Part shown: positions 1-12,765 of the stretch, piece after piece
Layout of the letters: each line of letters starts with the position of its first letter
Numbering within the stretch: the first letter of the stretch is position 1
Assembly: GCA_002633005.1 (NCBI GenBank)
Contig: NMRA01000009.1
Coordinates: 1,101,169 to 1,165,168 of the forward strand
Length of the DNA: 64,000 bases
From: Phoronis australis
Taxonomy: Eukaryota > Animalia > Phoronida
Direction: 5' to 3'
Notes under the pieces: model-generated
The model's database searches: none
What the model saw: only the letters and a program-made list of their open reading frames with translations
Told to the model about the DNA's origin: nothing
Program-made: the position numbers and the translations under genes

Positions 1-700
1 CTGACTTGTTGTGTGACATCCATTTTTGGTATCCATCTTTTTGCTAAATGTCATTGCACACTTTTGGCAGACACTTAGCTGTCATTGTTTTTGGACATTC
101 TTGATTAGTGTGTCTGCCTCAGTATCTACAGTCTCCTTTGGAAAAGTTGACTGGTATGTCTGCCTCAGTATTTACCATCTGCTTGACGTATCTTGACTAG
201 TATGTCTCCCTAAGTATCTAGCATCTGTTTGACGGATCTTCTGGAAGTTTGGTATTTGTGCTCCTATTGAGTGAGCTTATCTGACGTTGATTTTTAGATG
301 GATGTGACTTTTTCAGCAGTCCCTTGTAGCTAATTCTTTGTGTCTGCTTTAGTATCTGGAGAGACCTGTGATGGATCTCCTTAAAGTTTGGAATTATTTT
401 CACATCTGGGAATGTGTTACATGCACTTGCTTAATTCATCATGTGAATGCTGTCACCCTTGTGGTAATTGTTTTTTGCAGCCGCCTCTCTTTGAAACCAT
501 TTAAACGATAAGTAGGTAACTACTTCATCTTGTTTGTACTGCGGATAGGACTCCACATGTCAATCATTGGACAAAGTTGTAAAGGGATGCATCCCCTAGT
601 GGCAATTTTAACTTTTTTGACATCCATTCAAAAGACCCATCATGTTACTTGACACTTGTTTTCTATTACAGATAAGACAACATCTTCTGATTTTTTGACT

Positions 701-1121
701 AATACCACTAAACCTATACCCTGCAGCAGCAGATTGTTTGACAAATACCACTAAACCTATACCCTGCAGCAGCAGATTGTTTGACAAATACCACTAAACC
801 TATACCCTGCAGCAGCAGATTGTTTGACAAATACCACTAAACCTATACCCTGCAGCAGCAGATTGTTTGACAAATACCACTAAACCTATACCCTGCAGCA
901 GCAGATTGTTTGACAAATACCACTAAACCTATACCCTGCAGCAGCAGATTGTTTGACAAATATACCACTAAACCTAAACCCTGCAGCAGCAGATTGTTTG
1001 ACAAATACCACTAAACCTATACCCTGCAGCAGCAGATTGTTTGACAAATACCACTAAACCTATACCCTGCAGCAGCAGATTGTTTGACAGATACCACTAA
1101 ACCTAAACCCTGTAGCAGCAG
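701..1121. repeat. 43-bp minisatellite, about 10 near-identical copies
   Basis: Unit AATACCACTAAACCTATACCCTGCAGCAGCAGATTGTTTGACA starts at 701, 744, 787 and so on, with one 2-bp insertion near 961. Confidence 0.95.
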
Positions 1122-1203
1122 TGCAATCTTTTTTACATCCACCTTCTACCTTACTGGTTGATGGATGTTCATGCAATTCAGCAGAATATGTTTTCATTAA
1201 TGA

Positions 1204-1497
<294 letters not shown>

Positions 1498-2223
1498 TAA
1501 TTTGACTCGGCGATGCACGTTTATCTTAGAGAAGTATAACAGGCCGAAATATTGAAGAAACTTGATGGTTTTAGCAATCATATTCCATGTGATCAATTGA
1601 AATACTTAAGGTCTGGCATTTATATTCCATTAAGTCTTTTATCATTAAGAATGTTGTGTTTCAAATACTTTTACATGAAAAAGCAGCATTTGTGTAACTT
1701 GACAATTTCTAAATCAATTAATATTAGAAGCTTAAAGAATGAACGCGAGTAGCAAACCATACACATGTTTCCGTGTCCTTCCAAGTATTAAAAGCACAAC
1801 TTATCAGGAACAAGTGTCATTGACCTTTAATAAGGATGGTACAAAAATTTCACACCCGTGATCTTGAATTGTTGTTTGTTGTTTGCCATTAAACATTGTC
1901 TGTTCGTCATCAAGAGCCCTACAATTTTTATTTTTGATTGTTGAAGACCCAAGGTCTTTTTCACCTGATGAAATAATGTTACAGCATAATTAAATCAAGG
2001 GCTTGCATAGTGCACTGTAACATCATCTTTTGGTTTTGTATTTTCTAGTGGTTGACTTTGATCTCAGGTTCCTGAATAAATGTTTGTACACCTGTCCTCA
2101 GTCTATAATGAGATCATTATCATACAATCTTTGTTATTATTTAGCTTGACTGTGTTGTGCAATTTGTGTTTAAAGGTGAGAGATTTATGTGTAAGGTGTG
2201 ATGGCTTGATTTACTTATTGTAG

Positions 2224-2433
2224 ATGAATGCCATTCCAAACCATGCCAAAATAATGGAGTGTGTAAGCAAGGAATCAACACATACAGCTGCTCGTGTCCA
2301 GCTGGTTACTCTGGCTATAACTGCGAAGTAACTGAGAGTTTCTGTACTGGCAACCCATGTGGTCTTGGGTTCACATGTACTAATGACTATGGCCGTGGAC
2401 AAGCAGTTTGCTTTCCTAGAACTGTGAGGCGTT
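2224..2433 (+). CDS. Next exon of the EGF-repeat protein: calcium-binding-type EGF plus a 4-Cys EGF-like unit
   Basis: Acceptor ttgtag at 2223, phase-compatible with the previous exon. Gives DIDECHSKPCQNNGVCKQGINTYSCSCPAGYSGYNCE then FCTGNPCGLGFTCTNDYGRGQAVCFPRTVRR. Donor gtaagt at 2434. Confidence 0.88.
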
Positions 2434-2479
2434 GTAAGTGTTGTCACTACCCATTATTTTCTGCAAACAAACTAAAACA

Positions 2480-3570
2480 TTTTTATGCTGCGCCCACATA
2501 TTTATATGTGGTCGCATATTACTGTCATCTCTGTATCTCCTAAACCCCTCAAGAATCTTGATAAGATTTGGCAGATGTGTTCCTATGAAGCTGATGACGG
2601 ATGATGAATTTCAAACCTGTTGAACTACTGGTGTGCCCCCTAGTGGCAATTTTATTTTTTTTACGCTTATCTCTGTATCTTCGGACTCCGAGGTCCTCAA
2701 TGGATTTTCATAAAATTTAGCAGTTAGGCATCTATTAGTGAGATGAGTGCCATCCTTTCACTTTCGGATGGATTTGAGGTACTTTGCGCCACCTAGTGGC
2801 CATTTTTACTGTTTTTGGTGTCCGCCCTTCTATCAACCAAACTGCTCTAGGAATGATTTTAGAAATTGGCATGTATGTTGTTACTGTGAAGAAGACGACT
2901 GACGATGATTTCCGACGACTTCGACTACTGTGGCACCTCCTAGTGGCAGTTTTGTTTGTTTTTGCGCTCATGGCTGTATCTCCTAAAAGCTCTGCAGGAT
3001 CTTTATTGAATTTTGCTGGTGTATTAATATGATTCAAGTTGACAACAGAGGACGACCACTTCTGGACAGATCGGACCACCGGTGTGCACCCTAGTGGCGA
3101 TTTTAGTTTTTTACGTTTACCTCAGTCTTCAAAGATCGTCAATGGATATTCATAAAATTTGACAGATGGTCATCTATTATTGGGGTGACGCTATCCTCTG
3201 GTTTTCGGTTGAATTAGAGGCATTTTGTGCCACCTAGTGGCCATTTTTACTGTTTTCGAGTAAAGTGGAAGTCTGACGATGATTTTCTGACGACTTCATC
3301 TACTGTGGCGCAACTTAGTGCCAGTTATGTTTTCTTTGCACCTATAGCCTCCCAGTCGCAATTTCATTTTTTTGTTTTCCTCAGTTTGTCAGAAGTTCCT
3401 TGACTGATTTTTATGAAATTTGGTAAATAGCTTTGATGACACATACCAGTTTTTGTATGGATTTGACGTATATTTTGCGTCATCTGGTGGCCATTTTCAT
3501 GTTCCAAATAAACATTCCTAGAAGCACACCATTTGCGGTGCATTCGTTGGTGCATTTTGATTTTGTTGTA
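2480..3570 (+). mobile_element. Helentron/HINE (DINE-1-like) non-autonomous element, decayed
   Basis: Starts with the hairpin TTTTATGCTGCGCCCACATATTTATATGTGGTCGCATA. Internal repeats contain CCACCTAGTGGC / CCCTAGTGGCAATTTT. Homologous, in inverted orientation, to 21795-22479. The 3' boundary is approximate. Confidence 0.6.
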
Positions 3571-4084
3571 TTCGCTGGTGAATATTGGCATATCTTTTCA
3601 TCTATTTTGTATGTACCAGGGCTTGAACAGTTGACTACATAGCAGTCATTCTTTTATGGCTCTGCACTGTTATTACATAATTGTGAATGCTTTTTTAAAA
3701 AATGGGAAACATTGTCAGAAACCTTTTGAAAATTCAAAATCTGTTAGAGATAGAGAGTTTCAATGAAAACATTAACATTATAAAGATATTTTCTGTCCAG
3801 TTCTTTTAAGCCGTTTTAAAACTACTTCACTAACTGAACCTTTTTACCAAAAATGATCCATTTTGGGCCAAAATATTCATGATGCTCTAACTTAAAAAAT
3901 AATGGCCCAAGAAATTTCAAATTTGTGAACATATCCCACTAGGATGCATGTACACACAATTTATTTTCAAGATCTGAGTCGGTGACCCTAGAGTCGACCT
4001 TTTGGTGCTCTTGTGGAATGACAGTTAAGAGCTGAATTGCAGACTTCGTGAGCGACAACAAAAACAATGTGCATCGTCAGTCAA

Positions 4085-4700
4085 CTTAAAAGACAGTTGT
4101 TTTTGTGTTCTAGATTTTCATTAGGCACTATGAATATGATGTGTGCAAAATTTCATAGTTGTGCTCTTAATATTGTAGATTTTGGAAGCGATTTTGCTTT
4201 GACTTTGCGTAAGAATTTGTGAGAATTTCATGTTTGGCCTGAGTTATGCTAGCTTTTTGGCTCTCATAGTCAGCCATGTTTAAAGACAATTGTTTTCGTC
4301 TTCTAGATTTTCATTAGACACTATGAAAATGTTGTGTGCCAAATTTCATAGTTGTGGTCTTAATATTGTAGATTTTGGAAGCGATTTTGCTTTGAGTTTC
4401 GTAAGAATTGGTGAGAATTTCATGTTTGGCCTGAGTTATGCTAGTTTTTTGGCTCTCATAGTTGTTATGGTTTGAAGACAATTGTTTTTGTCATCTAGAT
4501 TTTCATTAAATACTATGAAATGTTCTGCGCAAAATTTCATGGTTATGCTCTTGATATTGTAGATTTTGGAAGCGATTTTGCTTTGACTTTGCTTAAGAAT
4601 TGGTGAGAATTTCATGTTTGGTCTGACTTATGCTAGTTTTTTGCCTCTCATAGTTGTTATGGTTTGAAGACAATTGTTTTTGTCATCTAGATTTTCATTA
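4085..4700 (+). repeat. About 192-193-bp tandem repeat, about 3.3 copies, cut by the n join at 4701
   Basis: The TAGATTTTCATTA landmark recurs at about 4111, 4304, 4496 and 4688. Confidence 0.92.
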
Positions 4701-4701
4701 N

Positions 4702-4936
4702 CACAGCCACTTCCGGCTGCTTTATTGGATGGACGGATGCACTATTGTTCAACAACACCTCTGTCCAATAATACATCCACAGCCATTTCTGACTGCTTTA
4801 TCCGATAGATGGGTGCACTATTGTTCAACAACACCTCTGTCTAATAATGCATCCACAGCCACTACCGGCTTATCAAATGGACGGATGCACTATTGTGCAA
4901 TAACAAACCTGTCCTATAGAATTGGACGGATGCACC
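4702..4936 (-). repeat. 76-bp tandem repeat, about 3 copies, inverse of the 13515-13990 array
   Basis: Repeating ACAGCCACTTCTGACTGCTTTAT...GGATGCACTATTG...CAATAATGCATCC. Confidence 0.85.
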
Positions 4937-5248
4937 TACCCAAAACTCTTCCATTATTATTGACTTTCATTTTACACAACACAGGCTTCACCTGTTTGTA
5001 AAATGATGTTGAGCGTCCAACAAACACAGTTTTGATTTCTTGATAGTTTTTTGCCTCCAATCACCTAGTTTACTACTTATAATAAATGATAATGGGTAAT
5101 GAACACAACAGTTCAGTTCTACCTTGTTCAGTTCTAACTTTGATAGTAATATTGAAGTTCAGGGTGAACAAATTTTTATATGAAAAAAGGTGTGAGAGTT
5201 GATATGTCTAGCTGTAGTTCAACTTTAATTTAAACATTTTATTTTCAG

Positions 5249-5405
5249 ACGGCAGAGACCTCAGGTGCAATGCATACACGACATCGTAGACGGAGACACT
5301 GGGTGTTGTGGTGCTGACGGGGTTGGTAAATGGCAAGTGTACAACTATGTGCATGGTAAACATAGGTCATTCAAGATGGACAAACATGAATTAGGATCTA
5401 ACTGA
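5249..5405 (+). pseudogene. Terminal-exon-like fragment carried in a repeat unit (second copy at 13052-13208, - strand)
   Basis: Acceptor tattttcag, open frame RQRPQVQCIHDIVDGDTGCCGADGVGKWQVYNYVHGKHRSFKMDKHELGSN*. A diverged inverted copy is linked to the same 76-bp satellite. Confidence 0.4.
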
Positions 5406-8354
5406 ACAATTACGAACAGTGTTGCAGTCTCTTGATACAACATAGGTTGTACTAATAAATTATGAATTGGTCATCCGAAATCGTCTTTGTCTGATTTTAT
5501 TAACAACACATACCATTTTGATGACGATTTGCTAGTAACGAAGACATCAAAACAAAATTGTCAAATTGGATACTTATACCCTACCTATCTTGACTCTGCG
5601 CTTAATGCAGGCATCAACTACCTGTATGTAAAATACCTTCTTAGCACTTCACTTATTCGTTTGAAAGGAGCATAATAAAGTTTATCTTATCTTTATAGCA
5701 CTTTTCATACAAAGTTTTCGATTTTCCTAATTGGGAAAGGCTATCATCAAACTAGCAAGAATAAAAGAATGGATGGCGGTGACAGAAGATTTTCAGTCAG
5801 CATAACCTCTTTAGCTGGCTAAAAACTAATATAAAATTGGTTGGTTTAATCCCATGTATTCCTATTTCATAGAGGTTTGAGTAACGTACAAACATTTTCG
5901 AATAAGGTGTGTTAGGATTCACTCTGAAACAAGATCGCCACTCAAGATTTCGAGGTTCCTGTTGGCAGCGTTACCACAAAGAAATGTTTTTGTCATAATA
6001 CAATTTTCGTATCTTAGCCAGGGACATAGCGGGAACGTCCAGTTGTAAAATGATGTAAGTCACTGCTTTTTATTTTTTTCATTTAGTCACTAGCCCAGAC
6101 TGGGCCTGAGGATCTTTTCAAGTTCATATATAAAGTCGGCTCAGTTGCGTGATTAGCAGTTGCGACCTACAGCAAGTGCATTTGCAGCAAGTGTAATCAA
6201 GTGTTTACCATTCTTGTGTCCTCTGTCCTGTACAGGTAAAACCTGGCAAGACACGACAAGAAAGCAGATTAATTGAATACTCTGCTGCGAGAGACATTCG
6301 AACATTCTCCCAATATAATGTTTTGGTTTCATCGGCGATTTCGGAACAATCGCAAGCTCATCGTGACCAAGTGCATCTGAATGATCAAGGTCTTCGATTG
6401 TATCGGTCATTAAAGTGCGCCATCGTGCATGCTATAAATATGGCGTGAACGAAACCCTAAGGCCCTTTTAAGGGCCAATACATATTCCCAAAGAACTGTT
6501 CACTGATTTGAGCATTTTGTCTTCACTTTAACTGATCTCATTAATTGCATTACGATGCCAAGACGCCCGTGAAATATGGCAAAAACCAAATGTCTTAAAG
6601 TTTATTGAAATTTGTGAAGCAATACATATGTATATTCCTCATTCCTCTTAATGTGTAAATCTGTAGCTGTAGTTGAAAAGTGATGGGGTGCGATTTTCTT
6701 TTTGGTTGATTATTTTCAAAAACACGATGTATGAGATTTTCAACAAAGGCCTTTCTTAATCCTTAACCTTACGTGTTGGCAAGTCATTGTGCGTGGATGC
6801 GTTTGTGTTAAAAAAAATCGTCAGCTTTGTTACTGATGCGGGCGTGCACTTTTTCTTGTTCCTGTATGAACATCGATAAGAAAACATTGAAAAATTCGCC
6901 TGTTATATGCTAAAATAGTGCGGCGATGCGGGTTTCACTAGTTTGCATTAACAGAGAAGCGCAAGGTTCAAAATGATGCGGGCGTGGACCACAACCATTT
7001 TTTCAAAATTTCTGGCGTATCTTTTAGTCATGCAAAGAGCGCAGACCAGAACCAATATAATTTGCGACGTTAGGCTTTACTGTAAGTTCTTGAAAAGACC
7101 TAGATGCGACGAATTGCCTTGACACGAAATTGCAATCACGCTGATACGAAACTGAACAATGTCAAACAGAAATAATCTGACTTGGAGATTTTATGAATCA
7201 AAGTTCCATTTCTTGCAATGAATGACTTGAGCAGCAGTTATGAATTAGCTACATTTCTTCTCTAAGTGAATACTGTTACTATGTTATCATTTTAAGGTTC
7301 CTGTACAAGACTGAAGAAGCGTTTTCGTGAACACAGCAACACGATTGCTTACATTTCACAAGTTACCAATATCAAGAAATTTTCGGATTTCCACGTAGGA
7401 ACCTAAAAAGTTGTTTCGTCGACTACTAAGATAAAGTCGCAAACCCGAAAGTCGTACTAACGTGAAGTTGTAATAAACACTGTTCAATTACTACTAAATA
7501 TACAATTTTTGGAACCAATTGTTATTTTTTAGACGTCCTGGTTTGCAGAAAATTAACACCTATTTCCCAAAAGCTACAACTGCCTGGGGGCAGTATCCCG
7601 CCAAAAGCCAACTCAAGTAATGTTAAGTTATTTTACAGTGATACTTGCGTTCTACAGATTTTACCTGGGGCAATTATCGTACTTTCAATTTCGTCTTTCT
7701 CAAGATACCGATGGCACTGTAAATTAGTAGTACAAGCAACGCTGTGCAATATCTTACAAGGGATGCGGACAAAGTTTTCAGCGCCTTTAATTGACTATCA
7801 TTCATCAAAAATACTGCCAACTTCAGTGAAGATCTGCTGTGGGTGCAACGCCTTTGATGACTTGGAAATTCCTTTTGTCAGTGGAGCGGCACGAAATAAC
7901 GCTGTGTCAAAGGAAGATCAATAGGTTTTAGCGTTTTAGCTGCGCCCCCAATTTCACACCCGATCTTATTTGCCTCGTGGTATTGCTTTCCCTGTCTGTT
8001 TTGCAATTGGTTAATTGAAGTTAACTGAGTAGACCAATTAAAAAGTCTGATGACTGTCAGAGCATGTAATATTCGTATTTAAGTTTACACTGTCTGGATA
8101 AGCCATATCTTAACTGACTATGAGAGCATACACAATATCAAGAGCACAATCGTGAAATTAAGCACACAGCATATTTATAGTGTCTAATGAAAATCTAGAA
8201 GACAACAACAATTGTCCATAAACTTGGCTGACTATGAGAGCCAAAAAGCTAGCATAACTCAGGCCAAACATGAAATTCTCGCTCATTCTTATGCAAAGTC
8301 AAAGCAAAATCGCTTCCAAAATCTACAAAATCAAGAGCACAACTATGAAATTTN

Positions 8355-8535
8355 GGGAGCATATTTCGGCTCCGACAGATATGGCCGACTCGACTGTAAT
8401 TTTCCAATGACGAGCAGTGCACACGAAAACATGCCATTTCTCGGCCAGATGCTTGTCTTTGGGAAACCTAAATAGGGTCACGCCTTCCACCTGGCTGGTG
8501 TTAGCACAGTTGGCGCACACACACCGATGTACCAT
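8355..8535 (-). CDS. THAP-type zinc finger, N-terminal fragment (transposon-derived)
   Basis: MVHRCVCANCANTSQVEGVTLFRFPKDKHLAEKWHVFV...AEICS shows C-x4-C, FRFP, W and ICS of the THAP C2CH signature. The final His would fall at the assembly join. Confidence 0.85.
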
Positions 8536-8807
8536 GTCTAAATCACAACAAGATTGAACGCTCCTTGTTCGTCTTCCACTGTTTTGTATGTGCGGTAAAC
8601 TGCATTGTGGGATATTGATCTAGTTTGTGTTCCCCAACACCATGTCACGGTGTCAAAGGTCAACTTTTCGCGGATTTTTTTTAAATTTTCGCTTTTTAAC
8701 GCAACTACAGACACAATAACGTGATAATTGGAAGAAGATATATCCAACTAACAATATCTTGAAAATATTATTACAATTTAACATACTTAGACCTTGCAAT
8801 TTACACT
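8355..8807 (-). mobile_element. End of a Kolobok-type DNA transposon encoding a THAP zinc finger
   Basis: Terminus (ttaa)AGTGTAAATTGC on the - strand with TTAA at 8808-8811. A THAP ORF starts 272 bp inside. Truncated by the n join. TTAA target, AG terminus and THAP domain match the Kolobok superfamily. Confidence 0.7.
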
Positions 8808-11361
8808 TTAATGCAGGCATCAAACTACCTGTATGCAAAATTCCTTCTTAGCACTTCACTTATTCTTTTGAAAGGAGCATAATAAAGTTTATCTTATCTT
8901 TATAGCACTTTTCATACAAAGTTTTAGATTTTGCTAATTGGGAGGGGCTATCATCAAACTATCAAGAGTAAAAAAATTGGATGGCGGAGACAGAAGATTT
9001 TCAGTCTGCATAACCTCTTTAGCTGGCTAAAAGCTAATATAGAACTGTTTGGTTTAATCCCATGTATTCCTATTTCACAGACTCGGTTTGAGCAACTTAC
9101 AAACATTTTCGAATAAGGTATGTAAGGATTCACTCTGAAACAAGATTGCCACTCAAGATTTCGAGGTTCCTGTTGGCAGCGTTACCACAAAGAAATGTTG
9201 TCATAATTCAACTTTCGTACATGTATGAGCCAGCGACATAGCGGGAACATCCAGTTGTAAAATGATGCAAGTCACTGCTTTTTATTTTTTTCATTTAGTC
9301 ACTAGCCCAGACTGGGCCTGAGGATCTTTTCAAGTTCATATATAACGTCGGCTCAGTTGCGCGATTAGCAGTTGCAATGTACATTGTGTGTGGTACATTG
9401 AAGTTCTTACGGAGAAATGTAAGAAGGGCGTAACCAAACATTTGCAGCAAGTGTCTACCACTCTTGTGTCCTCTGTCCTGTACAGGTAAAACTTGGCAGG
9501 ACACGACAAGAAAGCAGATTAATTGAATACTTTGCTGCGAGAGACATTCGAACATTCTCTCAATGTAATGTTTTGGTTTCATCGGCGATTTCGGAACAAT
9601 CGCAAGCTCATCGTGACCAAGTGCATCTGAATGATCAAGGTCTTCGATTGAATCGGTCATTAAAGTGCGCCATCGTGCATGCTATAAATATGGCAAGAAC
9701 GAAACCCCAAGGCCCTTTTCAGGGCCACTACATATTCCCAAAGGAACTGTTCACTTTTTTGAGCATTTTGTCTTCACTTTAACTGATCTCATTAATTGCA
9801 TTACGATGCCAAGACGCCCGTGAAATATGGCAAAAACCAAATGTCTTAAAGTTTATTGAAATTTGTGAAGCAATACATATGTATATTCCTCATTCCTCTT
9901 AATGTGTAAATCTGTAGCTGTAGTTGAAAAGTGATGGGGTGCGATTTTCTTTTTGGTTATTTTCAAAAACAAGATGTATGAGATTTACAACAAAGGCCTT
10001 TCTTAATCGTTAACCTTACGTGTTGGCAAGTCATTGTGCGTGGATGCGTTTGTGTTAAAATAATCGTCAGCTTTGTTACTGATGCGGGCGTGCACTTTTT
10101 CTTGTTCCTGTATGAACATCGATAAGAAAACATTGAAAATTTCGCCCGTTATATGCTAAAATAGTGCGGCGATGCGGGTTTCACTAGTTTGCATTAACAG
10201 AGAAGCGCAAGGTTCAAAATGATGCGAGCGTGGACCACAACCATTTTTTCAAAATTTCTGGCGTATCTTTAAGTCATGCAAAGAGCGCAGACCAGAACCA
10301 ATATAATTTGCGACGTTAGGCTTTACTGTAACTTCTTGAAAAGACCTAGATGCGACGAATTGCCTTGAGACGAAATTGCAATCACGCCGATACGCAACTG
10401 AACAATGCCAAACAGAAAAATCCGACTTGGAGATTTTAGGAATCAAAGTTCCATTTCTTGCAATGAATGACTTGAGCAGGAGTTATGAATTAGCTACATT
10501 TCTTCTCAAAGTGAATACTGTTACTATGTTATCATTTTAAGGTTCCTGTACAAGACTGAAGAAGCGTTTTCGTGAACACAGCAACACGATTGCTTACATT
10601 TCACAAGTTACCATTATCAAGAAATTTTCGGATTTCCACATTGGAACCTAAAAAGTTGTTTCGTTGACTACTAAGATAAAGTCGCAAACCTGAAAGTCGT
10701 ACTAACGTGAAGGTGTAATAAACACTGTTCAATTACTACTAAATATACAATTTTTGGAAACAGTTGTTATTTTTCAGACGTCCTGGTTTGCAGAAAATGA
10801 ACACCTATTTCCCAAAAGCTACTACAACTGTCTGGGGCAAGTATCCCGCAAAAAGCCAACTCAAGTAATGTTAAGTTATTTTACAGTGAAACTTGCGTTC
10901 TACAGATTTTACCTGGCGCAATTATCGTACTTTCAATTTCGTCTTTCTCAAGATACCGATGGCACTGTAAAGTAGTAGTACAAGCAACGCTGTGCAATAT
11001 CTTACAAGGGATGCGGACAAAGTTTTCAGCGCCTTTAATTGACGATCATTTATCAAAAATGCTGCCAACTTCAGTGAAGATCTGCTGTGGGTGCAACGCC
11101 TTTGATGACTTGGAAATTCCTTTTGTCAGTGGAGCGGCACGAAATAACGCTGTATCAAAGGAAGATCAACAGGCTTTATTTAGCACCCAAAATAAGCTGC
11201 GCCCCCAATTTCACACCCGATCTTATTTGCCTCGTGGTGTTGCTTTCCCTGTCTGTTTTGCAATTGGCTGATTGAAGTTAACTGAGTGGTCCAATTAAAA
11301 AGTCTGGTGACTGTCAGAGCACGTAATATTCGTATTTAAGTTTACACTGTCTGGATAAGCC

Positions 11362-12765
11362 ATGTCTTAACTGACTATGAGAGCATACACAATATCAAGA
11401 GCACAATCATGAAATTAAGCACACAACATATTTATAGTGTCTAATGAAAATTTAGAAGACAACAACAATTGTCTTTAAACTTGGCTGACTATGAGAGCCA
11501 AAAAGCTAGCATAACTCAGGCCAAACATGAAATTCTCGCTCATTCTTATGCAAAGTCAAAGCAAAATCGCTTCCAAAATCTACAAAATCAAGAGCACAAC
11601 TATGAAATTTGGCACACATCATATTTATAGTGTCTAATGAAAATCTAAAAGACAACAACAATTGTCTTTAAACTTGGCTGACTATGAGAGCCAAAAAGCT
11701 ACCATGACTCAGGCCAAATATGAAGTTCTCGCCCATTATCAAATCAAAATCGCTTCCATAATCTACAATATCAAGAGCACAATCATGAAATTTTGCACAC
11801 AACATATTAATAGTGTCTAATGAAAATCTAGAAGACAACAACAATTGTCCTTAAACTTGGCTGACTATGAGAGCCAAAAAACTAGCATAACTCAGGCCAA
11901 ACATGAAATTCTCGCTCATTCTGACGCAAAGACAAAGCAAAATCGCTTCCATAATCTACAATATCAAGAGCACAATTGTGAAATTAAGCACACAACATAT
12001 TTATAGTGTCTAATGAAAATCTAAAAGACAACAACAATTGTCTTTAAACTTGGCTGACTATGAGAGCCAAAAAGCTACCATGACTTAGGCCAAATATGAA
12101 GTTCTCGCCCATTATCAAATCAAAATTGCTTCCATAATCTACAATATCAAGAGCACAATCATGAAATTTTGCACACAACATATTAATAGTGTCTAATGAA
12201 AATCTAGAAGACAACAACAATTGTCTTTAAACTTGGCTGACTATGAGAGCCAAAAAGCTAGCATGACTCAGGCCAAATATGAAGTTCTCGCCCATTATCA
12301 TATCAAAATCGCTTCCAAAATCTACAATATTAAGAGCACAACTATGAAATTTGGCACACAACATATTCATAGTGTCTAATGAAAGCCTAGAAGACAAAAA
12401 CAATTGTCTTTAAACTTGGCTGACTATGAGAGCCAAAAAGCTACCATGACTCAGGCCAAATATGAAGTTCTCGCCCATTATCAAATCAAAATCGCTTCCA
12501 TAATCTACAATATCAAGAGCACAATCATGAAATTTTGCACACAACATATTAATAGTGTCTAATGAAAATCTAGAAGACAACAACAATTGTCCTTAAACTT
12601 GGCTATGAGAGCCAAAAAGCTAGCATAACTCAGGCCAAACATGAAATTCTCGCTCATTCTTATGCAAAGTCAAACCAAAATCGCTTCCAAAATCTACAAA
12701 ATCAAGAGCACAACTATGAAATTTGGCACACAACATAAAATACTAGCATAACTCAGGCCAAACAT
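11362..12765 (-). repeat. 183/193-bp satellite array, about 7.5 copies
   Basis: AGTGTCTAATGAAA recurs at 11436, 11629, 11812, 12005, 12188, 12371 and 12554 (spacings 193, 183, 193, 183, 183, 183). Confidence 0.95.

Larger units (their letters stand above)
5602..11610 (+). repeat. About 2.75-kb direct duplication (5602-8353 vs 8808-11610)
   Basis: Near-identical sequence, for example the paired ORFs 6153-6410 and 9295-9660. The first copy ends at the n join at 8354. Confidence 0.93.

Noticed and set aside
701-1121. Regular 43-bp repeats resembling a CRISPR array
   Set aside because: The units are contiguous with no unique spacers, the context is a eukaryotic intron, and there are no cas genes.
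6153-9660. Paired ORFs MTD(T/S)IEDLDHSDALG... suggesting a duplicated gene
   Set aside because: The similarity is explained by the DNA duplication. They use non-ATG starts, their C-termini differ through an indel, and no domain is recognisable.
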